Shown: in pieces, positions 54,934 through 64,000 of the stretch
How positions within the stretch are numbered: the stretch's first letter is position 1
Layout of the letters: each line of letters starts with the position of its first letter
Assembly (NCBI GenBank): GCA_039649125.1
Contig: JBBWZO010000350.1
Coordinates: 973 to 64,972 of the forward strand
Origin: Massilia sp.
GTDB taxonomy: Bacteria; Pseudomonadota; Gammaproteobacteria; Burkholderiales; Burkholderiaceae_D
DNA length: 64,000 nt
Direction of reading: 5' to 3'
Translations under genes and position numbers: made by a program
Notes under the pieces: generated by a model
The model's database searches: none
What the model was told of the DNA's origin: nothing
Seen by the model: the letters and a program-made list of their open reading frames with translations, nothing else

Positions 54934-56295
54934 ATGTTGAGCTACCGCCACGCCTTTCACGCGGGTAACCATGCCGACGTCCTCAAGCATTTCGTCCAGG
55001 TGCAGCTGCACCTGTACATGAACCAGAAGGACACGGCCTACACCTACATCGACACCCACTCGGGCGCCGGCGTGTATGCGCTCGACAGTTCGTATGCGAC
55101 CAAGAATGCCGAGTTCGATACCGGCATCGGTCCGCTCTGGAGCCGCACCGACCTGCCGCCGGCCCTCGCCGAGTACGTGAACCTGGTGAAGGCGATGAAC
55201 CCGAGCGGCAAGATGCGCTACTACCCGGGTTCGCCCTATGTGGCCGACCAGATGACGCGCCTGGAAGACCGGCTGCGCCTGTTCGAGCTGCATCCGGCCG
55301 ACAGCAAGATTCTGGCGGAAAACTTCCGCAAGGCCGAGGCGCACCGGGCCGAGCAGGGCGAACGGGCGCGCGGCCGCCGTGTGATCATCGAACGCGGCGA
55401 CGGCTTCCTCAGCCTGAAAGCCCTGCTGCCGCCGCCCTCGCGCCGCGCGCTGGTGCTGATCGACCCGCCGTATGAAGTCAAGGACGACTACCGCCGCGTG
55501 AAGGACGCGCTGGAAGAGGCGCTCGGACGCTTCCCGGCCGGCATGTATGCCGTCTGGTATCCGGTGCTGCAGCGCATGGAGTCGCGCCAGTTCGCCGACC
55601 GCCTGAAGCGCCTGCCGGCCAAGGAGTGGCTGCACGTGACGCTGACCGTCTCCACTCCGGGGCCGGATGGCTTCGGCCTGCACAGCAGCGGCATGTTCAT
55701 CCTGAACCCGCCGTACACGCTCGAGCCGCTGCTGCGCGAAACCATGCCTTACCTGGTGAAGGCGCTGGGCAAGGACGCGGGAGCGAACTTCGTCATCGAA
55801 CGCGGCACCCAGGTCACCGGTGCGGCGGCCGCGCGCGTGGGCGCCGGCGGCACGGCGCGCCAGCCGGTCGGCAACGCGCGCCGCGCCAGCCCGCTGTCGG
55901 GCGCGGGCAGCCTGCGCCTGCCGGGCCAGGCGGCAGTGCCGCGCGCGGCCGACGGGGACGCGGATGCGCGTCGTCCGGGCAGCGCCCCGGCCGACAAGGC
56001 AGGCGCCAAGTCCGCGGCCGCGCTGCGCGCCAAGCGTTTTTCGCGTCCGGAAGGAGAGCGGGCCGCGCCGCGCGCCGAGGGCCGGCCGGCCACGGCGCGC
56101 CGCGACGAAGGCAATCGTCCGGACGAGCGCTTCGATCCGGCCCGCGGCCCGGCGGCGCCGCGTGCCCGCTATGCCGACGAGCGGCCACGCGCTCCGGGCG
56201 GCCGCCCGCAAGCCGGCAGCGGCCGCCCATCGGCTGCGCGTCCGGATGGCGGCACGGGTCCGGCGCGTCCGCGCGGGCGCGGGAACCGGGGCTGA
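54934..56295 (+). CDS. rlmJ: 23S rRNA m6A2030 methyltransferase RlmJ with long C-terminal extension
   Basis: MLSYRHAFHAGNHADVLKH, DTHSGAG, YPGSP, IDPPYE. Confidence 0.95.
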   Translation: MLSYRHAFHAGNHADVLKHFVQVQLHLYMNQKDTAYTYIDTHSGAGVYALDSSYATKNAEFDTGIGPLWSRTDLPPALAEYVNLVKAMNPSGKMRYYPGSPYVADQMTRLEDRLRLFELHPADSKILAENFRKAEAHRAEQGERARGRRVIIERGDGFLSLKALLPPPSRRALVLIDPPYEVKDDYRRVKDALEEALGRFPAGMYAVWYPVLQRMESRQFADRLKRLPAKEWLHVTLTVSTPGPDGFGLHSSGMFILNPPYTLEPLLRETMPYLVKALGKDAGANFVIERGTQVTGAAAARVGAGGTARQPVGNARRASPLSGAGSLRLPGQAAVPRAADGDADARRPGSAPADKAGAKSAAALRAKRFSRPEGERAAPRAEGRPATARRDEGNRPDERFDPARGPAAPRARYADERPRAPGGRPQAGSGRPSAARPDGGTGPARPRGRGNRG

Positions 56296-56654
56296 TCGGG
56301 CTAACGGGGCCGATTGGGGAGCCGGCAGTCACGCCGGCCAGCCATCGACAAAGCTGCCCGGCTGGCGCTGCGCAGCAGTTTTTTTGAGTAGGGGGAATGC
56401 GGCTGCGCCTGGCCGGCGCTGTCGCCGTCCTTTTTACGTTTTCCACACCGGCACAGCCAACAATGGGCTTGCCGGCTTACCTCGCCAGAGTGAGACGCCA
56501 CGGCGCGTGCGCGCAACACCGCGCCGCCGCCCTGCGTTCGTTTCGATGTAAAAATGTAAATATTAGCCGGATGGTGTATAGTCGGTGGAGGTGCGCGAGT
56601 ACGCGCGCGCCTGTTGCCGCGCCTGCCGTGCAGCCGTTGTTTTCAGGAGCTTAC

Positions 56655-57926
56655 ATGCATGCCGAAGTAGGGGCAGTATCGAACACGATACCGTCCGATG
56701 AATTTTTCCTCGCGCGCCAGCCCATCCTCGGTCGCGACCAGCACCTCGTTGCCTTCGAGTTGCTGTTTCGCGCCGCGGGCGAGCACGACGACGCCCGCCT
56801 GACCGATGGTGCCGCTGCGACCGCGGCCGTCATTTCCCACGCGTCGCAGCTGGGACTGGCGCAGGTGGTAGGGGAGAAATTGGCCTTCGTCAACGTCGAT
56901 GAAGTCGTCCTGATGAGCGATTTTGTCCGTTTCCTGCCTCCGAATAAGGTTATCCTCGAAATTCTCGAAACCGTCAAGCCGACCCAGCCATTACTGGCCC
57001 GCGTGGCGGAGCTGAAAGAGCTCGGTTTCAAGTTTGCGCTCGACGATGTCGTCGCCCATACCGAGGAGGTCGGCCAGCTGCTGGCGCTGGTCGACGTGAT
57101 CAAGATCGATTTGCAGGGCGTGGCACACGAGGCGCTGGGGCCGCTGGTCGCATCGATGCGCGCGGCCGGCAAGAAGCTGCTCGCCGAGAAGGTGGAAACC
57201 CAGCGCGAGTTCCGGCTCTGCCTGGAGCTGGGCTTCGACTACTTCCAGGGCTACCATTTTGCCCGTCCGGTCATCCTCAGCGGGCGCAAGATCACGCCCT
57301 CCGAACTGGTGCTCCTGCGCCTGCTCGAACTGGTCGACAGCGATGCCGACGACACCGTCATCGAAACCGCGGTCAAGCGCGATGCCCTGACCAGCCTGCA
57401 CCTGCTGCGCCTCGTGAACAGCCGCGCCACGGGACCGCACGACCGTATCGAGTCGGTGGCCGACGCGTTGAACAAGCTCGGCCGCAAGCAGTTGCGCCGC
57501 TGGCTGCAGATCCTGCTCTACACCAGGCCGGGCAATGCGGTCGAGCTGGCCTCGCCGCTGCTGCAACTGGCCACGACGCGCGGCAAGCTGCTCGAACTGA
57601 TGTCGCTGCAGGTGCGACCCGGCGACGTGGTCGGCGCCGAGCGTGCCTTCACGGTCGGGATCATGTCGCTGGCCGATGCGCTGTTCTCGATGCCGATGGC
57701 CGACATCCTCGACAACGTCGAGCTGGCCGACGACGTGCGCGCGGCGCTGCTCGAACGCGGCGGCGACCTCGGCACCATGCTCGACGTCGTCGAGCGGCTG
57801 GAGGCGGCCGACACCGGCAGCCAGTTCACGGCCGCGCTGCGCAAGCTGAAACTCACCTCCAAGCAGGTACGCGAGATCGAGCTGGCGGCTTTCGACTGGG
57901 TGCGCGAGCTGGTCAGCGAGGGGTAG
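56655..57926 (+). CDS. EAL and modified HD-GYP (HDOD) domain protein
   Basis: ARQPI..FELLFR, FALDD, AEKVET, FQGY, HDOD region; AGGAG RBS. Confidence 0.9.
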   Translation: MHAEVGAVSNTIPSDEFFLARQPILGRDQHLVAFELLFRAAGEHDDARLTDGAAATAAVISHASQLGLAQVVGEKLAFVNVDEVVLMSDFVRFLPPNKVILEILETVKPTQPLLARVAELKELGFKFALDDVVAHTEEVGQLLALVDVIKIDLQGVAHEALGPLVASMRAAGKKLLAEKVETQREFRLCLELGFDYFQGYHFARPVILSGRKITPSELVLLRLLELVDSDADDTVIETAVKRDALTSLHLLRLVNSRATGPHDRIESVADALNKLGRKQLRRWLQILLYTRPGNAVELASPLLQLATTRGKLLELMSLQVRPGDVVGAERAFTVGIMSLADALFSMPMADILDNVELADDVRAALLERGGDLGTMLDVVERLEAADTGSQFTAALRKLKLTSKQVREIELAAFDWVRELVSEG

Positions 57927-58094
57927 GGTGGGCTCCCCGAGTCCACGCGGAACGATGACCATTGTTGGCGCGACCGCTGCGTAGAGTTAGCGCTCGTGGC
58001 AGAGGTACCCGCGGTACCCAAGGAGCCAACGCGGTTCCGGATTCAGCGTTAACACTGCTCGCAGTTCCGCGTGGGCACGGAGTGCCCACCCTAC
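57923..58094. repeat. GTAG-type REP inverted pair (REPIN-like)
   Basis: GTAGGGTGGGCTCCCCGAGTCCACGCGGAAC ... GTTCCGCGTGGGCACGGAGTGCCCACCCTAC. Confidence 0.85.
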
Positions 58095-58840
58095 TGCCCC
58101 AGGAACAAAAACACCGTTGGCTTCTTGTGGAAATCCGGCATCTTGCCCGCTGCCAGCTGCGCCTTCCATTTCGCCGCCGTGAGCGTACGCACCGACTCGC
58201 TGGCCAGCGACAGGTCGGTCGCCACGCAGATGAGCGTGCCCGGCTGGCAGCCTGCCACCAGGGCCTCCAGCATCTGGCCGTTGCGGTAGGGCGTTTCGAT
58301 CAGCAACTGCGTCTGTTTCTCGCTGCGCGAGCGCGCTTCCAGCTCACGGATGCGCTTGGTCCGGGCGGCCGCGTCGGTCGGCAGGTAACCGTTGAAGGCG
58401 AAGCTCTGGCCGTTCAGGCCGCTCGCCATGACGGCCAGCAGCAGTGACGACGGCCCGACCAGCGGGCGCACCGCGATCCCGTGCGCATGCGCCAGGCGCA
58501 CCAGGTCGGCACCCGGATCGGCTACGGCCGGCACCCCCGCTTCCGACACCAGGCCGGCGTCTTCGCCCGCCAGCAGCGGCGCGAGCAGCGCGGCCAGCGC
58601 CTGCGGCGGCGTGTTCACGTTCAGTTCGGAAATGCGGATTTCCTGCAGCGGTTTGGCCAGCGGATGGTCGATCGCCACCAGTTTCAGGAAGGCGCGCGCG
58701 GTTTTCGCGTTTTCGGCGACGAAATAGCCGAGCTGCGAAGTGATCGCCTGTACCTGGCCGGGCAGGACGTGGGAGAGGGCGCCGGGAGCGGCATCGGTCG
58801 GGCCAAGGGTGTTCGGGATCAGGTAGAGGGTGCCAGGCAT
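58091..58840 (-). CDS. Tetrapyrrole methylase / RsmI-like SAM methyltransferase
   Basis: GTLYLIP, SEAGVPAVADPG, VGPSS, FNGYLP, IETPYRN. Confidence 0.88.
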   Translation of the reverse strand: MPGTLYLIPNTLGPTDAAPGALSHVLPGQVQAITSQLGYFVAENAKTARAFLKLVAIDHPLAKPLQEIRISELNVNTPPQALAALLAPLLAGEDAGLVSEAGVPAVADPGADLVRLAHAHGIAVRPLVGPSSLLLAVMASGLNGQSFAFNGYLPTDAAARTKRIRELEARSRSEKQTQLLIETPYRNGQMLEALVAGCQPGTLICVATDLSLASESVRTLTAAKWKAQLAAGKMPDFHKKPTVFLFLGQ

Positions 58841-58873
58841 GGATCAGTCAGGATAGTCAGCAGTCAGGAAAAG

Positions 58874-59488
58874 TCAAACGCCGAAGAAGGGCACGCCGGC
58901 GCGGCGCAGCATGCCGGTCAGGGCGATCAGGGGCAGGCCGGTGAGAGCGGTGGGGTCGCTCGATTCGATGCGATCGAGCAGGGCGATGCCGAGCCCTTCG
59001 TTCTTGGCGCTGCCGGCGCAGTCGTAGGGCTGCTCGATGCGCAGGTAGGCGTCGAGTTCATTGTCGGGCAGGTCGCGAAAACGCACGAATACCTGCACAT
59101 TCTCGGCCTGGGCGGCTTGCTCCGGATCGGCCACGCGGCCGTCCCACAGGCACAGCGCCGTGTGGAACACGACTTCGCGCCCGCGCATGGTTTGCAGTTG
59201 CGCCAGGGCGCGCGCATGGTCGCCGGGCTTGCCGATCTGTGCGCCGTCGAGGGTGGCGACCTGGTCGGAGCCGATCACGAGGGCGCCCGGATGCAGTCGT
59301 GCGATCGCTTCGGCCTTGGCGCGCGCCAGGCGCAGCGCGGTGGCTTCGGGCGCCTCGCCGGGCGCGGGCGTTTCGTCGATGTGCGGGGCGATTGCCTCGA
59401 AGGGCAGGTGCAGGCGCCCCAGCAGTTCACGGCGGTAGCTGGAGCTCGAGGCGAGGATGAGGCGCGGCAGCGTGGAACTTGGTATCAT
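58874..59488 (-). CDS. Maf/YceF nucleoside triphosphate pyrophosphatase
   Basis: LILASSSSYRRELL, IGSDQV, GKP, DCAGS; divergent from yceD. Confidence 0.93.
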   Translation of the reverse strand: MIPSSTLPRLILASSSSYRRELLGRLHLPFEAIAPHIDETPAPGEAPEATALRLARAKAEAIARLHPGALVIGSDQVATLDGAQIGKPGDHARALAQLQTMRGREVVFHTALCLWDGRVADPEQAAQAENVQVFVRFRDLPDNELDAYLRIEQPYDCAGSAKNEGLGIALLDRIESSDPTALTGLPLIALTGMLRRAGVPFFGV

Positions 59489-59648
59489 GTCGGGCCGTCG
59501 AAGTCGGTTGGGATCAAAAATGTATAAGCGAATCAAATAGATGACGCGTCCCGGCAAGCAAAGCTGATGGATTGCGGCAACTTGTCGGCGCCATGTCACA
59601 GTCGAAGCACCGGCGCACTGCCCCAGTCCAAAAAAACGCGCCAAGTCT

Positions 59649-59678
59649 TTGACTACGCGGGGATAAGCCTGTTATTAT
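59649..59678 (+). promoter_or_regulatory. Sigma70 promoter of yceD-rpmF
   Basis: TTGACT-N18-TATTAT with a TG extended -10. Confidence 0.5.
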
Positions 59679-59706
59679 CGCAGGTTTTCCGGGGACGTTT
59701 TCTGCA

Positions 59707-60204
59707 ATGAGCGCTTTTGTCATCGACGCCTTTGAATTCTGCCGCACGAACGGCTATCGCGAAGGGGTGACGCCGGTGTCGGAAATGACCCGCCTCGCCG
59801 CCGACTGCGCCAACGACAGCGGCGAGATCGCCTGGTCGATCCAGGGCGGCAGCACCCCGCAAGGCTATCCGACCATGACCTTGTCGGTGGCCGGTCCGGT
59901 CCAGCTGGTATGCCAGCGTTGCCTGGCCCCGTTCGACTACCACATCGATTCGTCGACCCAGCTGGTGCTGGGTCGCGACGATGAGGAAGCCGACCAGTTC
60001 GAGGAAATCCTCGACGACGACAGCATCGATGTGATCGTCGGCAGCCACACTGCCGATCTCCTCCAGCTGCTCGAGGATGAAGCCCTGCTGGCCCTGCCGC
60101 AGGCACCGAAACACCAGGTCTGCCCCGACACGACGCTGTTGGATGGCCTGAAGTCTGAAAAGGTCTCGCCCTTCGCCGGCTTGAAGAACCTGAAATCCGA
60201 ATAA
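59707..60204 (+). CDS. yceD: YceD/DUF177 protein
   Basis: CQRCL, EDEALLALP..PKH..C, SPFA.L motifs; upstream of rpmF. Confidence 0.92.
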   Translation: MSAFVIDAFEFCRTNGYREGVTPVSEMTRLAADCANDSGEIAWSIQGGSTPQGYPTMTLSVAGPVQLVCQRCLAPFDYHIDSSTQLVLGRDDEEADQFEEILDDDSIDVIVGSHTADLLQLLEDEALLALPQAPKHQVCPDTTLLDGLKSEKVSPFAGLKNLKSE

Positions 60205-60372
60205 GCAATTCGTAGTAAGCAGTTGTAGTCAAACGCGTGCACAGTCGAGTATGTCAGGGCAGCGTTTTAAAACATGCCGGCAATCGTGAGGTTGCCGGTG
60301 GGATACTCGATGTGCGTGTTGTTTGCAAATCGATTGTGTTAGAATTTTAGAACTTTAGTATTAGGAGTCATC

Positions 60373-60555
60373 ATGGCAGTTCAGCAGAATAAGAAGTCCC
60401 CATCGAAGCGCGGTATGCACCGTTCGCACGATTTCCTGGTTGCCCCAAACCTGGCAGTCGAGCCGACCACCGGTGAAACCCACCTGCGTCACCACATCAG
60501 CCCGAACGGCTTCTACCGTGGTCGCAAAGTCCTGAAGACCAAGAACGACGAGTAA
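60373..60555 (+). CDS. rpmF: 50S ribosomal protein L32
   Basis: [20 protein letters not shown]; Cys-free (zinc-independent) form. Confidence 0.98.
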   Translation: MAVQQNKKSPSKRGMHRSHDFLVAPNLAVEPTTGETHLRHHISPNGFYRGRKVLKTKNDE

Positions 60556-60754
60556 TCGCCGTCTTGTTTTTCGTACCATGAAAGCGGTGCAACGTATGTT
60601 GAGTGCGTGGCGCCGCTTTTTCTTTCGCCTTTCCTTTATCCATGGTTGCACCTCGTTGCGCACCATCGCGGCTGATACCCAGAGCCGGCATGCGCGTCCC
60701 GCGCGTATGCATCCAGCCACCCACTCCGTGTGAGCTGCGGTAATACCCCCACAG

Positions 60755-61780
60755 ATGACAATTAAAATATCCATCGACTGCATGGGCGGAGACCACGGTC
60801 CTTCCGTCACAATCCCTGCAGCCCTGTCTTTCCTGAAGCAGCAGCCCGACGCCGAACTGATCCTGGTCGGCCTCGAAGAGGCCCTGCGCTCGGAACTGAA
60901 AAAGCATAATGCCGAGGCCAATCCGCGCCTGTCGATCAGGCACGCCTCGGAAGTGGTGGCGATGGACGACCCGGTCGAGGTCGCCTTGCGCCGCAAGAAG
61001 GATTCCTCGATGCGCGTCGCGGTCGAACTGGTCAAGGACGGCACGGCCAGCGCCTGCGTCTCGGCCGGCAATACCGGCGCGCTGATGGCGGTGTCGCGCT
61101 ACGTCCTGAAGACGATGGCCGGCGTCGACCGTCCGGCGATCTGCTCGATCCTGCCGAACCAGAAGAACGGCCCGACCTACATGCTCGACCTCGGCGCCAA
61201 CGTCGACTGCGAGCCGCACCACCTGCACCAGTTCGCGATCATGGGCTCGGTCCTGTTCTCGGCGATGGAAGGCGTGCAGAAGCCGAGCATCGGCCTGCTC
61301 AACGTCGGCACCGAAGAGATCAAGGGCAATGACGTGGTCAAGGAAACGGCCGTCCTGCTGCGTGCCGACCATGCACGCGGCGCCCTGAATTTCTACGGCA
61401 ACGTCGAAGGCAATGACATCTTCAAGGGCACGACCGACGTCGTCGTCTGCGACGGTTTCGTCGGCAACGTGACGCTGAAGGCGATCGAGGGCCTGTCGCG
61501 CTTCGTCAAGTCCGTCTTCAAGCAGAACGTGCTGTCGATGATGGGTGCGGTGCTGGCCAAAGGCGCGCTGAAGAAGCTCAATCCCGAGCGCTACAACGGC
61601 GCCAGCCTGCTCGGCCTGAAAGGACTGGTGTTCAAAAGCCACGGCGGCGCGAATGCGTATGCCTTCGAGTGGGCAATTCGACGCTCTTTCGACGCCGCGA
61701 AATATAATGTACAAGAGCAACTGTCGGCGATGATCGCCGAGCTGATGCCGGACACGCCAGGCGCCCAGCGCCAGGTTTGA
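60755..61780 (+). CDS. plsX: Phosphate acyltransferase PlsX
   Basis: [31 protein letters not shown]. Confidence 0.97.
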   Translation: MTIKISIDCMGGDHGPSVTIPAALSFLKQQPDAELILVGLEEALRSELKKHNAEANPRLSIRHASEVVAMDDPVEVALRRKKDSSMRVAVELVKDGTASACVSAGNTGALMAVSRYVLKTMAGVDRPAICSILPNQKNGPTYMLDLGANVDCEPHHLHQFAIMGSVLFSAMEGVQKPSIGLLNVGTEEIKGNDVVKETAVLLRADHARGALNFYGNVEGNDIFKGTTDVVVCDGFVGNVTLKAIEGLSRFVKSVFKQNVLSMMGAVLAKGALKKLNPERYNGASLLGLKGLVFKSHGGANAYAFEWAIRRSFDAAKYNVQEQLSAMIAELMPDTPGAQRQV

Positions 61781-61809
61781 ATTTACGACGGAAAACGGGT
61801 GGAGACGCA

Positions 61810-62793
61810 ATGACTGTCTACAGCAAAATCATCGGCACCGGCAGCTACCTGCCGGAGCGCAGGGTCACCAACGACGAGCTGGCTGCCGAACTGGCAACCA
61901 AGGGCATCGAGACCTCGGACGAATGGATCAGTTCGCGCAGCGGCATCTCCGCGCGCCACTACGCCGCGGCCGGGCAGAACTCGTCGGACCTCGCTGTCAT
62001 CGCCGCACAGCGTGCGCTCGAGATGGCCGGCAAGACCGCCCTCGATATCGACATGGTGATCGTGGCCAGCTCGACCCCCGACTTCCAGGGCAGCTTCCCC
62101 AGCACCGCCTGCATCGTCCAGCAGAAACTGGGCATGGCGAACCGCAGCGCGGCCTTCGACGTGCAGGCCGTCTGCAGCGGCTTCGTCTACGCGGTCGCCA
62201 CCGCCGACGCCTTCATCAAGGCTGGCATGCACAAGACGGTGCTGGTGATCGGCGCCGAAGTATTCTCGCGCATCCTGAATTTCGAAGACCGCACCACCTG
62301 CGTGCTGTTCGGCGACGGCGCCGGCGCCGTGGTGATGACGGCGTCCAGCGAGCCGGGCATCCTGGCGGCCAAGCTGCACGCCGACGGCACCCACGCCGAC
62401 ATCCTGTCGATTCCGCCGAATCCGGCCGGCAGCCCGGGCAGCGGCGGTTTCCTGCACATGGACGGCCAGGCTGTCTTCAAGCTGGCCGTCACCGTGCTCG
62501 AGGAAGTCGCGGCCGAGGTGCTGGACGCGGCGCAGCTGCAGCCGGCCGACGTCGACTGGCTGATCCCGCACCAGGCCAACATCCGCATCATGAAGAGCAC
62601 CGCCAGGAAGCTCGGCCTGCCGCTCGAGCGCATGGTGGTCACGGTGGACGAGCACGGCAATACCTCGGCGGCCTCGATCCCGCTGGCGCTCGACCTGGCC
62701 GTGCGCGACGGCCGCATCAAGGCCGGCGACAATATTTTGATGGAAGGCGTGGGCGGCGGCTTTACCTGGGGTGCGGTTCTCGCCCGCATGTAG
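61810..62793 (+). CDS. fabH: 3-oxoacyl-ACP synthase III
   Basis: AVCSGF, FGDGAGA, PHQAN, GNTSAAS. Confidence 0.97.
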   Translation: MTVYSKIIGTGSYLPERRVTNDELAAELATKGIETSDEWISSRSGISARHYAAAGQNSSDLAVIAAQRALEMAGKTALDIDMVIVASSTPDFQGSFPSTACIVQQKLGMANRSAAFDVQAVCSGFVYAVATADAFIKAGMHKTVLVIGAEVFSRILNFEDRTTCVLFGDGAGAVVMTASSEPGILAAKLHADGTHADILSIPPNPAGSPGSGGFLHMDGQAVFKLAVTVLEEVAAEVLDAAQLQPADVDWLIPHQANIRIMKSTARKLGLPLERMVVTVDEHGNTSAASIPLALDLAVRDGRIKAGDNILMEGVGGGFTWGAVLARM

Positions 62794-62865
62794 TCGCACG
62801 TCCCGGCTGCACCTTTCGTTGCGTGCCCGAGTCGCACGCATCTCATTACATAGGACCACAAAAAG

Positions 62866-63804
62866 ATGAGCAAATTCGCATTCCTGTTCACCGGCCAGGG
62901 CGCGCAAGCGGTCGGCATGCTGAACGGCTTCGCCGGCAATCCTGTCGTCGCGCAAACCGTGGCGGAAGCATCCGACGCGCTCGGCATGGACATCGGCAAG
63001 CTGATCGCCGAAGGCCCGAAGGAAGAACTCGACCTCACCACCAATACCCAGCCGGTGATGCTGACCGCGGCCGTTGCCGTGTACCGCGCCTGGATCGCCG
63101 CCGGCGGCCCGGCGCCATCGCTGGTGGCCGGCCACAGCCTGGGTGAATACTCGGCGCTGGTGGCTGCCGGCGTGATCGACTTCAAGGATGCGGTGCCGCT
63201 GGTGCGCTTCCGTGCCCAGGCCATGCAGGAAGCGGTGCCGGTCGGGCAGGGCGGCATGGCCGTCGTGCTGGGCCTCTCCGCCGACGACGTGCGTGCAGTA
63301 TGTGCGCAAGCAGCAGAGGGCGAAGTCGTGGAAGCCGTGAATTTCAATGAGCCGACCCAGATCGTGATCGCCGGCCATGCGGGCGCCATCGACCGCGCCT
63401 GCGAGATCGCCAAGGCGAAGGGTGCCAAGCGCGCCATGAAGCTGGCGGTGTCGGCGCCGTTCCACTCGTCGCTGCTGAAGCCTGCTTCGGATCGCCTGCG
63501 CGAGTACATGACCAAGCTCACCTTCAACGCGCCGCGCATCGATTTGATCAACAACGTCGACGTGGCTATCCTGAGTGAGCCGGAGCAGATCAAGGACGCC
63601 CTGGTGCGCCAGGCCGCCGGCCCCGTACGCTGGGTCGAGACGATGCAGAAGATGGCCGCGAGCGGCGTCACGCAAGTGATCGAATGCGCGCCGAGCAAGA
63701 CCCTGATCGGCATGGCCAAGCGCATCGACCCGGTGCTGGCCGGCGAGGCACTGGTCGACCAGGCTGCGCTCGAGCGCGTGCTGGCAATCGTCAAGGGCGC
63801 ATGA
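62866..63804 (+). CDS. fabD: Malonyl-CoA:ACP transacylase
   Basis: GQGAQ, GHSLGEY, VSAPFHS. Confidence 0.97.
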   Translation: MSKFAFLFTGQGAQAVGMLNGFAGNPVVAQTVAEASDALGMDIGKLIAEGPKEELDLTTNTQPVMLTAAVAVYRAWIAAGGPAPSLVAGHSLGEYSALVAAGVIDFKDAVPLVRFRAQAMQEAVPVGQGGMAVVLGLSADDVRAVCAQAAEGEVVEAVNFNEPTQIVIAGHAGAIDRACEIAKAKGAKRAMKLAVSAPFHSSLLKPASDRLREYMTKLTFNAPRIDLINNVDVAILSEPEQIKDALVRQAAGPVRWVETMQKMAASGVTQVIECAPSKTLIGMAKRIDPVLAGEALVDQAALERVLAIVKGA

Positions 63805-63864
63805 GTAGTCAGGTCATAGTCACCTCGGCGCCACGTTGTTGTTTTAGATAAGAACAGGAATCCC

Positions 63865-64000
63865 ATGAATCTGCAGAACCAAGTCGCCCTCGTTACCGGC
63901 GCATCGCGCGGCATCGGCAAGGCCATCGCCCTGGAACTTGCCCGCCAGGGCGCGAAAGTCGTCGGCACCGCCACCAGCGAAGCCGGCGCACAGGCGATCA
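63865..64000 (+). CDS. fabG: 3-oxoacyl-ACP reductase FabG, N-terminus (truncated by window end)
   Basis: MNLQNQVALVTGASRGIGKAIA..GTATS directly after fabD. Confidence 0.93.
   Translation, partial: MNLQNQVALVTGASRGIGKAIALELARQGAKVVGTATSEAGAQAI

Overview
GC-rich betaproteobacterial chromosome segment; gene content and REP type suggest Oxalobacteraceae, probably Massilia-like (inference). Mostly core genes: end of a chemotaxis operon (cheR-cheD-cheB-cheY-cheZ), two EAL/HDOD proteins and a PilZ protein, panC, scpA, a FabMG-type enoyl-ACP reductase, metG, mrp, an RlmN paralogue, gltX with five tRNAs, earP-efp, dbpA, tRNA-fMet, sbcDC, ycaQ, moaE, crcB, clpB, ldhA, aceA, rlmJ and maf/yceD-rpmF-plsX-fabH-fabD-fabG. 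I saw no CRISPR array, prophage or intact transposase. Most notable: (1) a membrane GGDEF-GGDEF-EAL gene directly followed by an alpha-oxoamine-synthase-family PLP gene, a candidate signal-to-c-di-GMP module in which both genes carry lesions; (2) a pseudokinase-PEGA plus TssQ-like lipoprotein pair divergent from a motif-dead beta-lactamase-fold lipoprotein; (3) four related miniature inverted-repeat elements with an ERIC-like core, and GTAG REPs that supply stop codons; (4) a decayed nhaR-terB-terC locus; (5) a degenerate hemerythrin-like gene behind an FNR-like box; (6) several small uncharacterised proteins. Family calls come from motif recognition by eye, not database searches.
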